DNA of 64,000 bases from contig JAJCYV010000027.1 in assembly GCA_029262695.1 (NCBI GenBank), forward strand, positions 811 to 64,810, read 5' to 3'. This DNA is from Chloroflexota bacterium (GTDB lineage: Bacteria; Chloroflexota; Dehalococcoidia; SM23-28-2; RBG-16-64-32). The translations under genes and the position numbers were made by a program. Of the stretch, positions 40,901 to 49,835 are shown piece after piece. Every line of letters starts with the position of its first letter. Position 1 is the first letter of the stretch. Under the pieces are notes generated by a model. That model was given only the letters and a program-made list of their open reading frames with translations. It was not told the DNA's origin and made no database searches.

Positions 40901-41478
40901 CGGAGACGTTCCAGAACGTCTTCGGGCCACCGGAGCTATCGGTCCACTTCGTCGCGCTCACCAACCCGGACGACTCACGGGACGTGGCTCGCGATATTGA
41001 GGCGGCGCTGGTGACGACGGGGGCACAGGCGGACTCGCTCCAGGAGATTGCGGAAGAGAACAACGCTCTATCGCGCAACTTCCTGTACTTGATGCAGGCG
41101 TTCATGGGCCTCGGCCTCGTCGTCGGTGTGGCCGGGGTCGGCGTGATCGCCTTCCGCACGGTGGTGGAAAGGCGGCAGCAGATCGGTATGCTGCGGGCGA
41201 TCGGCTACAAGAAGAGTATGGTGTCGCTCAGCTTCATGATGGAGTCTTCGTTCGTAACTGTCCTCGGCGTGCTCTCCGGCGTCGGCCTTGGTCTCTGGCT
41301 GGCCTACTTCCTGGTGACGAGCGACGATTTCCCCGGCGATGGCGGCAACTTCTACGTGCCGTGGCCGCAGATCGCTTTCATCGGCGGCGTGACGATCTTC
41401 GCTTCGCTGCTGATGACGATTATTCCGTCGCGCCAGGCGTCGAGTGTTCCCACGGCCGAAGCGTTGCGCTACGAGTAG
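37993..41478 (+). CDS. ABC transporter permease with two FtsX-type domains (YbbP-like, giant 1161-aa form)
   Basis: The N-terminal TM helix is followed by a large extracytoplasmic domain and a four-TM FtsX bundle (…FFLLLGLFSIGAGVLLIVMIFVMLAAERKPEMGMARAVGMKR…). A second large extracytoplasmic domain follows, then a second FtsX bundle (…RQQIGMLRAIGYKK…). It is coupled to the upstream ATPase. Confidence 0.85.
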   Translation: MDSMFGLSMNLIMYVLLGLLAITLAAILIIFLRNRIVFLMGLRNIPRRVAQSTLIVIGLMLSTVIITAAFTFGDTVDYSITKATYDLFGHADIILESDTGPGVAVEDRGSDEISGEAYEAFLVAADASPILTNVDGYMGVLWEPVPVINGGTNLSEPDVLFTGIDSERAGDFPDVQDVDSGDLLSVDDLGANEVYLNVSAAEELRAEAGSVLTVFVSNEPREFVVRAVVEDRAMTGALDLASPEGMVASLDALHELFGSDDVSVIAVSVNGGVRDTLEASPEAERQVRSLVGAGDILLRVTDTKAESVDEAEEIGNFMTTFFLLLGLFSIGAGVLLIVMIFVMLAAERKPEMGMARAVGMKRLHLVEMFVAEGTGYNLASAVVGVGIGVTVAFALATAASAIFATFGFSFTPHVTLRTIVISYCLGVVLTFLTVTFSSWRVSTLNIVAAIRDTPEGSAPDPESGTVRGLVRAVLNVAVLMTGIGLFMLLLKGEMFAAPRERRVPQPGASMFPFPAGVLGFPIYQLNNLLAERRPIPVWPSALFLPGVVLVGASGAGLPSFLAVMAALAGIAGVYIGLAYFVAVVVFRLARDHRPADPPWWLIVPGVVLPFPVGMIAVGLQSPRTRVNWSIGIWAPLMIGSVFLVMQGLQGDSAFPFALGFTVITVGAAVCATYFGAPARPAYTAMSLFLLLFWGFTAGNRLEWLFGRLDGDIEMFFLSGVAMVTASTFFIIYNVDILLAFLSRVGGAFGPILPSLRTAIAYPMANRFRTGMTLAMISLVVFSLTTMSAMNLNYDKLFLQDESRGGWDVQVVENPNNPMASVKQVLQQGDSPVAEQIAAEGALLISGFAEADVRQGPDWGDEYPVLGLSDSFIENGSVPIDKVANGYADADAVWEALLTEPDAAIVDGFVIQGGFGNNEFSISGIDTQEDTFDQQFITVLDSTSGISQGLRVIGVIDFGASANFMGIFTGAETFQNVFGPPELSVHFVALTNPDDSRDVARDIEAALVTTGAQADSLQEIAEENNALSRNFLYLMQAFMGLGLVVGVAGVGVIAFRTVVERRQQIGMLRAIGYKKSMVSLSFMMESSFVTVLGVLSGVGLGLWLAYFLVTSDDFPGDGGNFYVPWPQIAFIGGVTIFASLLMTIIPSRQASSVPTAEALRYE

Positions 41479-41484
41479 CCGCCG

Positions 41485-42687
41485 TCAGGGGATGACGCCC
41501 CGCTCCTTGAGCGGGATGATCTGCTCCCAGTCGTAGCCGAGTTCCAGCAGCACTTCCTCCGTGTGCTGGCCCAACTCCGGGGCGATACCCGTCGGCTCCC
41601 AGCGTGTGACGGAGAAGTCGGCTGGCGTGGCGACCATCTCGATCGGTCCGTCCGGTCCGGGCACCTGTACGAAGGCGCCCGACTCACGGACCATCTCGTC
41701 GGTGGCCACCTCGTGGATATGGTTTACGGGCGCCCACCAGACGTCGTGCTCATTGAACGCCGCTGCCAACTCGGCCATCGGTTTTGCTGCGAACACCGTG
41801 TCGAGTTCCTCGACGAGCTGGGGGCCGTTGGCGCGCCGTGCTTCGATGTTGGAGAAGCGCTCGTTCGTCAGCAAGTCCTCACGGCTGAGGGCGCGGCAGA
41901 GGTCCGGCCAGTGACGGTCGGCCTGGAGGAGGAGCAGCCAGAACCACTTTGCGTCGCCGGCCCTGTAGCAGGTGAGGATCGGGTTGACGGCGTGCTCCCG
42001 GTCGTATGGCGCGATGGGCATGCCTATGCGAGTCGACAGCATCACGTCCCAACCGATCATGTAGACGCCCACGCGAACCAGCGGTACCGAGACGAGTTGC
42101 CCGTCGCCGGTCTTCTCGCGGTTCCAGAGCGCGGCGCAGACGGCTCCGGCGCAGGCCTGGCCGGTCATGTGGTCGCCCATGCCGCCGCGCTGCTGGGGGA
42201 TGGCGGCGCCCGGCGGGGTGAGCGACATGGCGACGCCGGCCTGCGCCCAGAACGCTCCGATGTCGTAGGCGGCGGTATCGCGCGACGTGGTCTCCGGGCC
42301 ATAGCCTGTCACCTGGCCGTAGACGAGGCGCGGAAAGCGCGCGTGCAGCGTCTCGTAGTCCATTCCGTATTCATCCAGCACGCGGGGGCGGTTGTTGGTA
42401 ACGAAGACATCGGCGTCGGCGATGAGCTTATAGGCGATCTCCTTCGCCTCCTCCTTTTGCAGGTCGAGAACGACGCTCCGCTAGCCGCGGTTGTCCAGCT
42501 CGAACGGTGGGTTGAGCTCGGCCGGCGTGCCCATGAGCGAGGCGAAGAGACCGCGGAACGGATCGCCCGACGGTGGCTCGATCTTGATGACGTCGGCGCC
42601 CCAATCGCCGAGGATGGCGGCGCAGGACGGCCCGGCGACCCAGAGGCCCATCTCCACCACTTTGATGCCTGCCAGTGGCCCCGCCAT
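41485..42687 (-). pseudogene. CaiB/BaiF-family (class III) CoA-transferase, interrupted by a single in-frame TAG (plus-strand cta at 42481-42483)
   Basis: The N-terminal 68 aa (42481..42687: MAGPLAGIKVVEMGLWVAGP…GADVIKIEPPSGDPFRG…ELDNRG*) and the C-terminal 332 codons (41485..42480: RSVVLDLQKEEAKEIAYKLIADADVFVTNNRPRVLDEYGMDYETL…) are in the same frame. The stop sits exactly where the family has a conserved Lys (NRxKRS). The spliced length of ~400 aa is typical of the family. Confidence 0.7.
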
Positions 42688-43110
42688 ATCGCTGCTCCCT
42701 TCGCCCCGCTCCCTCTGAGCGAGATGCGGGGATTGTATCGAGCGAAGGGAATCCCCGGCAAGGAGGCGCGCCGGGCGCCGCGATCAGATGGGGACAGGGA
42801 GCCGGGGTAGAGTGGGCCTGCACTTCTTCTCAGACGAGCCGATCTCGGACCTGAGTCCCCTTCGCTCCTCGGCGTCGGCGCCCCGGTCCACATTGGCGGG
42901 GCAATATTTCCTTTTCTAGATTTTGTTACTCCCGCGCCCTTTCCGCGTCATTAGCAAAGGATGCGTTGGTCGGGGCACTCTCGGCGGCGCCTCCGGAAAC
43001 GGCAGATCGCTGCACCAGACGCGGATCGTTGCCCGACAGAGGTGGGAACACTCACAAGTCGGTCACAAGAAGGTCCAGCGTGTGGGGCGGCATAAGGAGG
43101 ACAGGCGCAG

Positions 43111-44829
43111 ATGAATCTTCAAGGCAGAGGCAGGCTTTGGCCGCTGATGCTCCTCACCGCAGTGCTGGCGCTGACCGTTGCCTGCATGGGAGCACAGGGG
43201 GACAACGCAGCACCGACTGACGGACCGGGCGCCGCTGAGCGCATCGACGGTGGCGACATGGTCGTTCAGGGAAACGAGCCGGACTCGCTCGATCCCCACT
43301 GGTCGGCTTTCCAGCCGGACATCTCGCTGGAGCGAATGCTCTGGCGCGGCCTGTACTGGCTGGACGAGAACGAGGAGGTCCAGCCGTCCATGGCGGCTGC
43401 GATGCCTGTGGTCTCGGCTGACGGCATGACTTACACGATCACGCTGCGCGATGGGTTGCTATGGTCGGACGGCGATGACCTGACGGCCGAGGACTTCGTG
43501 CTGGGCATCGAGCGGACCTGCAACCCGGACAACGCCGGCCAGTATCAGTTCGCGCTGACGTCCATCGTTGGCTGTGACGACTACGCTTACGCCGCCGAAC
43601 CAACGGATGAGGAAAAGGCGGAGCTTCGCGCGGGCCTTGGCGTGACCGCGATCGACGACGCGACGGTCGAAATCACGCTGGCGAACCCGCAGCCGACGTT
43701 CTCCATCGTCCTCTCGCTTTGGATGACGTTCCCGGTACCCGCGCACCTGCTTCCCGAACCGGGCGAGGCGTGGCCGGCCGGTCCGGACGCCCCCGAGGCA
43801 CTGGCGTTCAACGGCCCGTACGTGCTGACGGAGTACGTCCCGCAGGACCACGCGACGCTGGCGACGAACCCGAACTGGGCTGCGCCCAACGGCGTTTCTC
43901 CCACGCTGGATAGCCTGACTGTGCGGTTCATCGACGACATCGGGTCGGCGAACAACGCCTACCGGACGGACGAACTCCACTTCGCGCTCGCGGACACGAC
44001 CGTGCTATCCGCTGTCGTTTCTGAGTTTGGCGATGGCCGTGAGTACTTCCAGTCAGTCACTCCCAGCACTCGCGGGCTCCAGATGAACCTTGGCCGTGAG
44101 CCGCTGGACAACGTGGACGTTCGCCTGGCGCTCTCGCAGGCGATCGACCGCCAGGCCCTCGTGGACGTGGTCGCGAACGGCGCACACCAGGCGACTACGA
44201 GCTGGATTCCGGGCTTCGTCCCGGCCGGCGCCGCGCCGGACGCCTTCGAGGCCTGCTGCGGGTTCGATCCAGAGGCTGCTCGTCAGCACCTGGCGGACGC
44301 CGGCTATCCGGACGGCGAGGGCTTCCCCGGGGGTCTCTCTCTGCTGATCGGCGACTCTCCGGAGGCTCAGGACACTGCCGCGTTCCTCCAGGACGCGTTC
44401 AAGACGCACCTGAACATCGACATTGAGATCGAGGTGGTGGACGGAGCGACTCGCGCCGATCGCTTCTACTCCATCGACTACGATCTGTTCATCGGCGGCT
44501 GGGCCCAGGACTACCATGACCCGGAGACGTGGGTCGTGGGGCTCTTCGAGACCGGCAGCTTCATCAACTTCACGAACTGCAGCAACGAGGAGATCGACCA
44601 GCTGATCGCGGACAACCTGTCCAACGCTGACGATGAAGCGCGTCTCGCGGCCTACGCTCGCGTCAACGAAATCATCGTCACGACCGTATGCGGTATTGCG
44701 CCTTTCTGGCACGAGAACTCGCATTTCCTTATCAAGCCGGACGTTGTCGGCATGAGCGAAAACGCCAGCGCCCAGAACGCCATTCAGGCGGGCGACTGGA
44801 TCGCTGAAGCCTGGGGCTTTTCAGAGTAG
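43111..44829 (+). CDS. ABC transporter substrate-binding lipoprotein, family 5 (peptide/nickel/opine type)
   Basis: 572 aa with an AAGGAGGA RBS. The lipoprotein signal is …LLTAVLALTVACMG. The SBP_bac_5 fold features are …LYWLDENEEVQPSMAA… and …LDLFIGGWAQDYHDPETW…. Confidence 0.85.
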   Translation: MNLQGRGRLWPLMLLTAVLALTVACMGAQGDNAAPTDGPGAAERIDGGDMVVQGNEPDSLDPHWSAFQPDISLERMLWRGLYWLDENEEVQPSMAAAMPVVSADGMTYTITLRDGLLWSDGDDLTAEDFVLGIERTCNPDNAGQYQFALTSIVGCDDYAYAAEPTDEEKAELRAGLGVTAIDDATVEITLANPQPTFSIVLSLWMTFPVPAHLLPEPGEAWPAGPDAPEALAFNGPYVLTEYVPQDHATLATNPNWAAPNGVSPTLDSLTVRFIDDIGSANNAYRTDELHFALADTTVLSAVVSEFGDGREYFQSVTPSTRGLQMNLGREPLDNVDVRLALSQAIDRQALVDVVANGAHQATTSWIPGFVPAGAAPDAFEACCGFDPEAARQHLADAGYPDGEGFPGGLSLLIGDSPEAQDTAAFLQDAFKTHLNIDIEIEVVDGATRADRFYSIDYDLFIGGWAQDYHDPETWVVGLFETGSFINFTNCSNEEIDQLIADNLSNADDEARLAAYARVNEIIVTTVCGIAPFWHENSHFLIKPDVVGMSENASAQNAIQAGDWIAEAWGFSE

Positions 44830-44938
44830 CCATAGACAGGCTCAAGAAGATGCAGGGCGTCCGGGCGGGCTGTGATGAGTCCCCCGGACGCCCTGTTGTC
44901 TCGGGGGCCGTCGCCGCGCCCACGGCCGGGCCTTCGCG

Positions 44939-45925
44939 ATGACTGCTTATGTGATCCGCCGCCTCCTATGGCTCATCCCGCTTCTGTGGGCGGTTGCGAC
45001 GATCACTTTCCTCGTGATGAATCTAGTCCCGGGCGGGCCCTTCGATTCGAACGAAAAGCTGCAGCCGGCGACGCGCGAGTTGCTCGAAGAGCGCTACAAC
45101 CTCGATAAGCCGGTCTACGAGCAGTACTACTACTACATGCGTGACCTCGTCCTCGTCGACGTTGGAAGCGAGCCGCCGTTCATCTACCCTGATCTCGGAA
45201 CGTCGTTCACACAGGACCGTGAAGTGACGGACATCATCCGCGACGGATTCACCGTCTCAGCACAGCTGGGTCTGAGCGCGTTCGTCTTCGCGCTGGTCTT
45301 CGGCATGTCGCTGGGAATCGTTTCGGCGCTCAACCAGAATAGCGCGCTCGACTACTTCGGTGTGTTCTTATCCACGCTTGGCGCCGCCGTGCCATCGTTC
45401 GTGATCGCCACAGTTGGCGTGCTCGTCTTCGCGGTCGAACTCGGCTGGTTCGATGTGCTCGGGTGGGGCGGCCCGGCCTGGCATGAGATGTGGAACCCGC
45501 TGGCGTGGGACTGGCGGAAGGTCGTCCTGCCGGTCGTCTCGCTTGGCCTGCTGCCGATGGCGTTCATCGCACGCATCACGCGGGCCAGCATGCTGGAAGT
45601 GCTACGAGAGGACTACGTTCGCGCCGCGCGCTCACGCGGCCTTTCGGAGCGGCTCGTTATCGTCAGGCATGTGGTAAAGAACTCGCTGATACCGATATTG
45701 ACGGTGGCGGGGCCGATGTTCGCTGCGCTGGTCACGGGCTCGTTCATCGTCGAGCGCATATTCGCTATCAACGGGATCGGCGCTCCCTTTGTCGACGCTG
45801 TGTTCCGCCGCGACTACGGCGTCATCATGGGAACGACGATCTTCTACGCGTCGGCGGTCGTGATCGCCAACCTCGTTGTTGACGTGCTCTACGCTGCGGT
45901 GGATCCAAGGATTCGGTACTCCTGA
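44939..45925 (+). CDS. ABC transporter permease (DppB/OppB type)
   Basis: 328 aa with 6 TM helices. The permease loop is …FIARITRASMLEVLREDYVRAARSRGLSERLVIVRHVVKNSLIPILT…. Confidence 0.85.
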   Translation: MTAYVIRRLLWLIPLLWAVATITFLVMNLVPGGPFDSNEKLQPATRELLEERYNLDKPVYEQYYYYMRDLVLVDVGSEPPFIYPDLGTSFTQDREVTDIIRDGFTVSAQLGLSAFVFALVFGMSLGIVSALNQNSALDYFGVFLSTLGAAVPSFVIATVGVLVFAVELGWFDVLGWGGPAWHEMWNPLAWDWRKVVLPVVSLGLLPMAFIARITRASMLEVLREDYVRAARSRGLSERLVIVRHVVKNSLIPILTVAGPMFAALVTGSFIVERIFAINGIGAPFVDAVFRRDYGVIMGTTIFYASAVVIANLVVDVLYAAVDPRIRYS

Positions 45926-46854
45926 TGGCGCACGCGAGGGCCATGTCGCTCCCTGACCACCTGGCTGCCGATGCGGGTGGTAAGAGACGCGGCGTCTGGC
46001 TTGACGCGCTCAGGCGCTTGAGCCGCAACCGTCCGGCGATGATCTCCTTGTGCGTGCTGGCAGCGATCTTCGTGCTGGCCGCGCTCGGGAACTACGTTGA
46101 CGCGATCCAGCGCTACGACCCGGCGGCGCTGAACTACGAAGACGGGACGAAGACAGGCCCCAGCTGGGAGCACTTCCTGGGCCAGGACCACCTGGGTCGC
46201 GATACCTGGGCGCGCGTTCTCCAGGGCACGTGGATCTCGCTTCGCGTCGGCCTTGGCGTCGCCGCCATCGCCCTTATCGTCGGCGTTCTCGTCGGTGGCG
46301 CCGCGGCGATGACCGGCAGTGCCGGCGACAACATCCTGATGCGGGTTACGGACGCACTGTACGCTTTTCCCGATCTGCTGTTCATCATCCTGCTGCGTGC
46401 GGTCCTCGCCGGCCGCGACGTGCCGGGAGGCGACGTGGCGATCATTATCTTCGCGATCGCCTTCGTCAGCTGGATGACCGTCGCCCGCCTTGTCCGCGGC
46501 CAGATGCTATCGCTGGCCAAGAGCGACTACGTAACGGCGGCCAGGGCGCTGGGCGCGTCACAGGCGCGAATCGTCTTCTTGCACATGCTGCCGAACGCGC
46601 TCGGCCCCGTTATCGTCGCGATCACGTTCGCGATCCCCGTGGCTATCTTCGCCGAATCGGCGCTGGCTTTCATCGGTTTCGGGGTTGCCCCACCAGCGGC
46701 GAGCCTCGGCACGCTGATCGACGAGGGTCACCGCCAGATCATCGAAACGAAGTGGATGTTGATCTTCCCGGCGTCGGTGCTGGCGCTGCTGATGCTCTGC
46801 TTCACGTTCGTTGGAGACGGCCTGCGGGACGCCCTTGACCCAAGAGGGCGCTGA
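45925..46854 (+). CDS. ABC transporter permease (DppC/OppC type)
   Basis: 309 aa. The permease loop is …ARLVRGQMLSLAKSDYVTAARALGASQARIVFLHMLPNALGPVIV…. The start overlaps the upstream stop. No ATPase gene follows in this window. Confidence 0.85.
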   Translation: MAHARAMSLPDHLAADAGGKRRGVWLDALRRLSRNRPAMISLCVLAAIFVLAALGNYVDAIQRYDPAALNYEDGTKTGPSWEHFLGQDHLGRDTWARVLQGTWISLRVGLGVAAIALIVGVLVGGAAAMTGSAGDNILMRVTDALYAFPDLLFIILLRAVLAGRDVPGGDVAIIIFAIAFVSWMTVARLVRGQMLSLAKSDYVTAARALGASQARIVFLHMLPNALGPVIVAITFAIPVAIFAESALAFIGFGVAPPAASLGTLIDEGHRQIIETKWMLIFPASVLALLMLCFTFVGDGLRDALDPRGR

Positions 46855-47009
46855 GGGCGCCTGTCCCGGCGCTGTCATCTTCTCCGGACCGTGGTAACGT
46901 ACGGACTGCCGTCTGGCCGTTAGCGTTAGGATGCGATGCGCCACGGAGCTGACGGCGTCTTTTCGTGACACGTTTGAGATGGCGATTCCGGAAGGTGGGA
47001 GGGACTCGA

Positions 47010-48371
47010 ATGACTCGGATTATTCTAGCTTCGCTGGTTGCGCTCACGGTGGGCGTCCTGCTGCTGACGACTGCCAACACGAAGCGGACTGACGCCGTCT
47101 TCCCCGGGACGAACGGCAGGATCGTCTTCATTGACGAGTCGGGTGGCGAAAACCACCTTTCGACGATGAACCCGGACGGAAGTGACCGGACGCAGATTAC
47201 GACGCCGGGATTCTGGGACCTGGAACCGGCGGCCGGCCCCGACCGCGGTTCGATAGCGTTCCGCCACCTCTTCCTCGGGGGTTCCACGGACGATGGGATC
47301 TGGTACACGGAGAACGGCACGGTGCACAGAATTCCCAATACCAGTGGCAGCACTTACGGTCCGGCCTGGGCACCCACTGGTGACCGGGTTGCGTTCGATA
47401 GCTCTACGGGTCTGCCCAACGCCGACATCTTCGCCATCAACCTGGACGGCACGGGACTTGCGAACTTGACGAACTCACCCGCGGGAAACGAATTCAGCGC
47501 CGCGTGGTCGCCTCTCGGGGATAAGATCGCCTACGTGCGCCAGACGGGCGCGCTCGGCGAGGGCGACATTTGGGTGATGAACGCGGACGGCAGCGGCCAG
47601 ACCAACCTGTCCAACACACCAGCCGACGAGGAAGGCAACCCGTCGTGGTCCCCTGATGGAGCGCGGATCATCTTCAATCACGCCGCAGCGGTGACGGTCT
47701 CCGGCGGCGGCAACACCGGCGCGATCAACATCGCCGTGATGAACGCCGACGGCACTGGCTTCGAGCTGGTCACAAACGACCCGGGCCTTCACCAGTTCGA
47801 CCCGACTTTCTCACCGGACGGAACGCGGATAGCGTTCGGGCAGGTGGTGGCGGCCGTTGGCGCCGCTCTGTTCCTGCCGGAGCAGAGCATCATCGTCGCC
47901 AACCCGGACGGGACCGGCGCATTCAGCATTTCGCCGCCCGGCGCGAGGGACACCCGCGTTGACTGGGGCGTCGACGAGGCAGCCACGCCGTCGCCAACGC
48001 CGTCGCCAACGCCGTCGCCGACACCCTCACCAACACCCTCGCCGACCCCGACGACCTCGCCGACACCGACACCGGAACCGGAAACGCTCATCTGGGGCGA
48101 CCACAACTGCTCGGAATCGGCAGACCCGGTCGACTCGCTGCTGACGCTCCGGCACGACGCCGGCCTGAGCGCCGCGACGGGCGACTGTCCGGAGATGGGG
48201 CAAGTGGTCGACGTGCAGAACGCCTCGCTTCACGTGTGGGGCGACGTGGATTGCGGTGGTGACGTCACGCCGGTCGATTCGCTGAAGCTGTTGCGCTACG
48301 ACGCTGGTCTGAGTGTGACGCAGGAAGCCGGCTGTCCGCCCATGGGCGGCGAAGTAACCGTCTTCGAGTAG
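47010..48371 (+). CDS. secreted PD40/TolB-like beta-propeller repeat protein with (TPSP)n linker and C-terminal dockerin-like tandem repeat
   Basis: The ORF track starts at GTG 46965. The preferred start is ATG 47010 (MTRIILASLVALTVGVLLL signal peptide) with a GAAGGTGGGAGGG RBS. The PD40 repeats are AWAPTGDRVAFD, WSPLGDKIAYV, PSWSPDGARIIFN and PTFSPDGTRIAFG. The linker is TPSPTPSPTPSPTPSPTPSPTPTTSPTPTP. The dockerin-like segments are GDHNCSESADPVDSLLTLRHDAG and GDVDCGGDVTPVDSLKLLRYDAG. Confidence 0.7.
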   Translation: MTRIILASLVALTVGVLLLTTANTKRTDAVFPGTNGRIVFIDESGGENHLSTMNPDGSDRTQITTPGFWDLEPAAGPDRGSIAFRHLFLGGSTDDGIWYTENGTVHRIPNTSGSTYGPAWAPTGDRVAFDSSTGLPNADIFAINLDGTGLANLTNSPAGNEFSAAWSPLGDKIAYVRQTGALGEGDIWVMNADGSGQTNLSNTPADEEGNPSWSPDGARIIFNHAAAVTVSGGGNTGAINIAVMNADGTGFELVTNDPGLHQFDPTFSPDGTRIAFGQVVAAVGAALFLPEQSIIVANPDGTGAFSISPPGARDTRVDWGVDEAATPSPTPSPTPSPTPSPTPSPTPTTSPTPTPEPETLIWGDHNCSESADPVDSLLTLRHDAGLSAATGDCPEMGQVVDVQNASLHVWGDVDCGGDVTPVDSLKLLRYDAGLSVTQEAGCPPMGGEVTVFE

Positions 48372-48384
48372 CCGAAAGACGAAA

Positions 48385-48405
48385 CCGGCCCCGCGAAGGG
48401 GCCGG
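48385..48405. terminator. GC hairpin CCGGCCCC-GCGAA-GGGGCCGG followed by TTCGCATTT. Likely a bidirectional terminator.
   Basis: Perfect 8-bp stem, 13 nt after the stop of the 47010..48371 CDS. A similar hairpin (49631..49655) follows the intact tRNA-Phe. Confidence 0.5.
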
Positions 48406-48419
48406 TTCGCATTTGCGGA

Positions 48420-48472
48420 GTGGTGCCGGAGGGCAGAGTCGAACTGCCGACACCGCGGTTTTCAGCCGCGTG
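48420..48472 (-). repeat. partial duplicate of tRNA-Phe, the 3' 53 nt (CCA end through T-arm and anticodon arm)
   Basis: TGGTGCCGGAGGGCAGAGTCGAACTGCCGACACCGCGGTTTTCAGCCGCGTGC is identical over 53 nt to 49670..49722 of the intact tRNA-Phe. Identity is lost exactly at the D-stem boundary. Confidence 0.8.
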
Positions 48473-48603
48473 CAACAGGTAGAACTCGCGACGTAATCCG
48501 GCGTTTCGTATCTGTCGGCGTCCGCCCTCGTCCGCCGCCATCCGCTCCAACTGGCGTACGGTTGGCGTACAATCCCGGGCGTTCTCTGATAAGTGCCGCC
48601 GCG

Positions 48604-49545
48604 TCAGCGTCTTCGCTCCTCAGATTCGCGTGTCAGGCGGTGAGAGCGCTCCGCATTTTCGCGTCTCAGGGCGTGAACCCTCCTGCACTCCTCCGGGCGT
48701 ATTCCGTGCTCCAGCGCAACGCTGTCCGCCTTTTCGCGTACGGCGGACGCTAGATCTGGATTGCCCTCTGCGTCAAGAATGTCCGCGAAGATACGCCAAG
48801 AGGAAGAACAATCTGCCACCCAGATCGCCTTGATAGTGGCAGACTTCGCACCCCGGAGATCGCCTGCCTCTATTCGCGACAACGCGACCTCTTCCAATCC
48901 GCCTGCCGCTAAGACCCTCTCAATGGACACAGCCATGTTGTCTGTGTGGTACAGGTCATTCGCCATAAAGCCCAACTCAGCTTCGATCATCGCTGATTCT
49001 TCGGGATCAAAGAGGATGGGGGTGTACGGCTCTGGCAAGTCGTCGATGATCGTGGCCTCGGGGTCGTCCACAGTGGACGCCGCAACCCAATCGAGAGACA
49101 CCTGGCGGTAGCCTGGCGGGTCGGGTTCATTCCGGTCGCGGGCATCCGAGTGACGCTCGACAATCTCGTTGAGCGATTCCAGATTCTCTCTGGCCTTTTG
49201 ATAGGACGGCTTCAGTTGAAGTGACTCGGTAAACGCCTTCCGGGCGTCATCTACGCGGCCTGTCTTGGCTAGTGTGGCTCCATAGTTGTTCCATGCTTCT
49301 GCAAAGTAGCGACGTTGCCACAGCGCTGTCTCATAGGCCTCGAGCGCGTCGTCGAATCGACTTTGTGCGGCGAGTGCGATCCCCAGGTTGTGCCAAGCCT
49401 CCGGAAAGTCTTGCCATGCCTGAACAGCTTCCCGCAGGTGCGCCTCAGCGGAGATCCAGTCGCCGGAGTGACACGCCAATGTCCCGCGATTGTAGTGATT
49501 GGCGGCGCGGCGGCCGCTAGGAAAGAGCCAACGTCGGAAACTCAC
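48604..49545 (-). CDS. TPR-repeat protein, hypothetical
   Basis: 313 aa. The N-terminal TPR-like units are …AEAHLREAVQAWQDFPEAWHNLGIALAAQSRFDDALEAYETALWQRRYFAEAWNNYGATLAKTGRVDDARKAFTESLQLKPSY…. The acidic C-terminal half has no recognised domain. Codon usage and GC are visibly lower than in neighbouring genes. Confidence 0.6.
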   Translation of the reverse strand: MSFRRWLFPSGRRAANHYNRGTLACHSGDWISAEAHLREAVQAWQDFPEAWHNLGIALAAQSRFDDALEAYETALWQRRYFAEAWNNYGATLAKTGRVDDARKAFTESLQLKPSYQKARENLESLNEIVERHSDARDRNEPDPPGYRQVSLDWVAASTVDDPEATIIDDLPEPYTPILFDPEESAMIEAELGFMANDLYHTDNMAVSIERVLAAGGLEEVALSRIEAGDLRGAKSATIKAIWVADCSSSWRIFADILDAEGNPDLASAVREKADSVALEHGIRPEECRRVHALRRENAERSHRLTRESEERRR

Positions 49546-49630
49546 GACCCCACTCCTTTCATGCGCCTTTCAGGAACCATCCCCGCCGGGTTGCTACACC
49601 CGTTGCTACACTGGGCCCTCCGCGCCGTCA

Positions 49631-49655
49631 GACCGGCCCCGCCCTGGGGCCGGTC
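49631..49655. terminator. GC hairpin GACCGGCCCC-GCCCT-GGGGCCGGTC immediately 3' of tRNA-Phe (minus strand)
   Basis: Perfect 10-bp stem, 15 nt beyond the tRNA CCA end. Confidence 0.5.
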
Positions 49656-49669
49656 CCGTATCCAAAGAG

Positions 49670-49743
49670 TGGTGCCGGAGGGCAGAGTCGAACTGCCGAC
49701 ACCGCGGTTTTCAGCCGCGTGCTCTACCACTGAGCTACCCCGG
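49670..49743 (-). tRNA. tRNA-Phe (anticodon GAA)
   Basis: The reverse complement is GCCGGGGTAGCTCAGTGGTAGAGCACGCGGCTGAAAACCGCGGTGTCGGCAGTTCGACTCTGCCCTCCGGCACCA. The anticodon loop is CTGAAAA. The acceptor stem is GCCGGGG/CTCCGGC with one G·U pair. CCA is encoded. Confidence 0.9.
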
Positions 49744-49835
49744 CACGGACTCCCATTCTATTTGCTGCCTTCTGACGCGCGCAAGGAATAACAGACGGGG
49801 CCGGAGACGGATAGAATCAAGGGTGGAGGCAGACG

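Noticed and set aside
47985-48072. Tandem ~12-nt DNA repeats (ccgtcgccaacg…)
   Set aside because: They lie inside the CDS 47010..48371 and simply encode the (TPSP)n Pro/Thr linker. They are not a CRISPR array or an independent repeat element.
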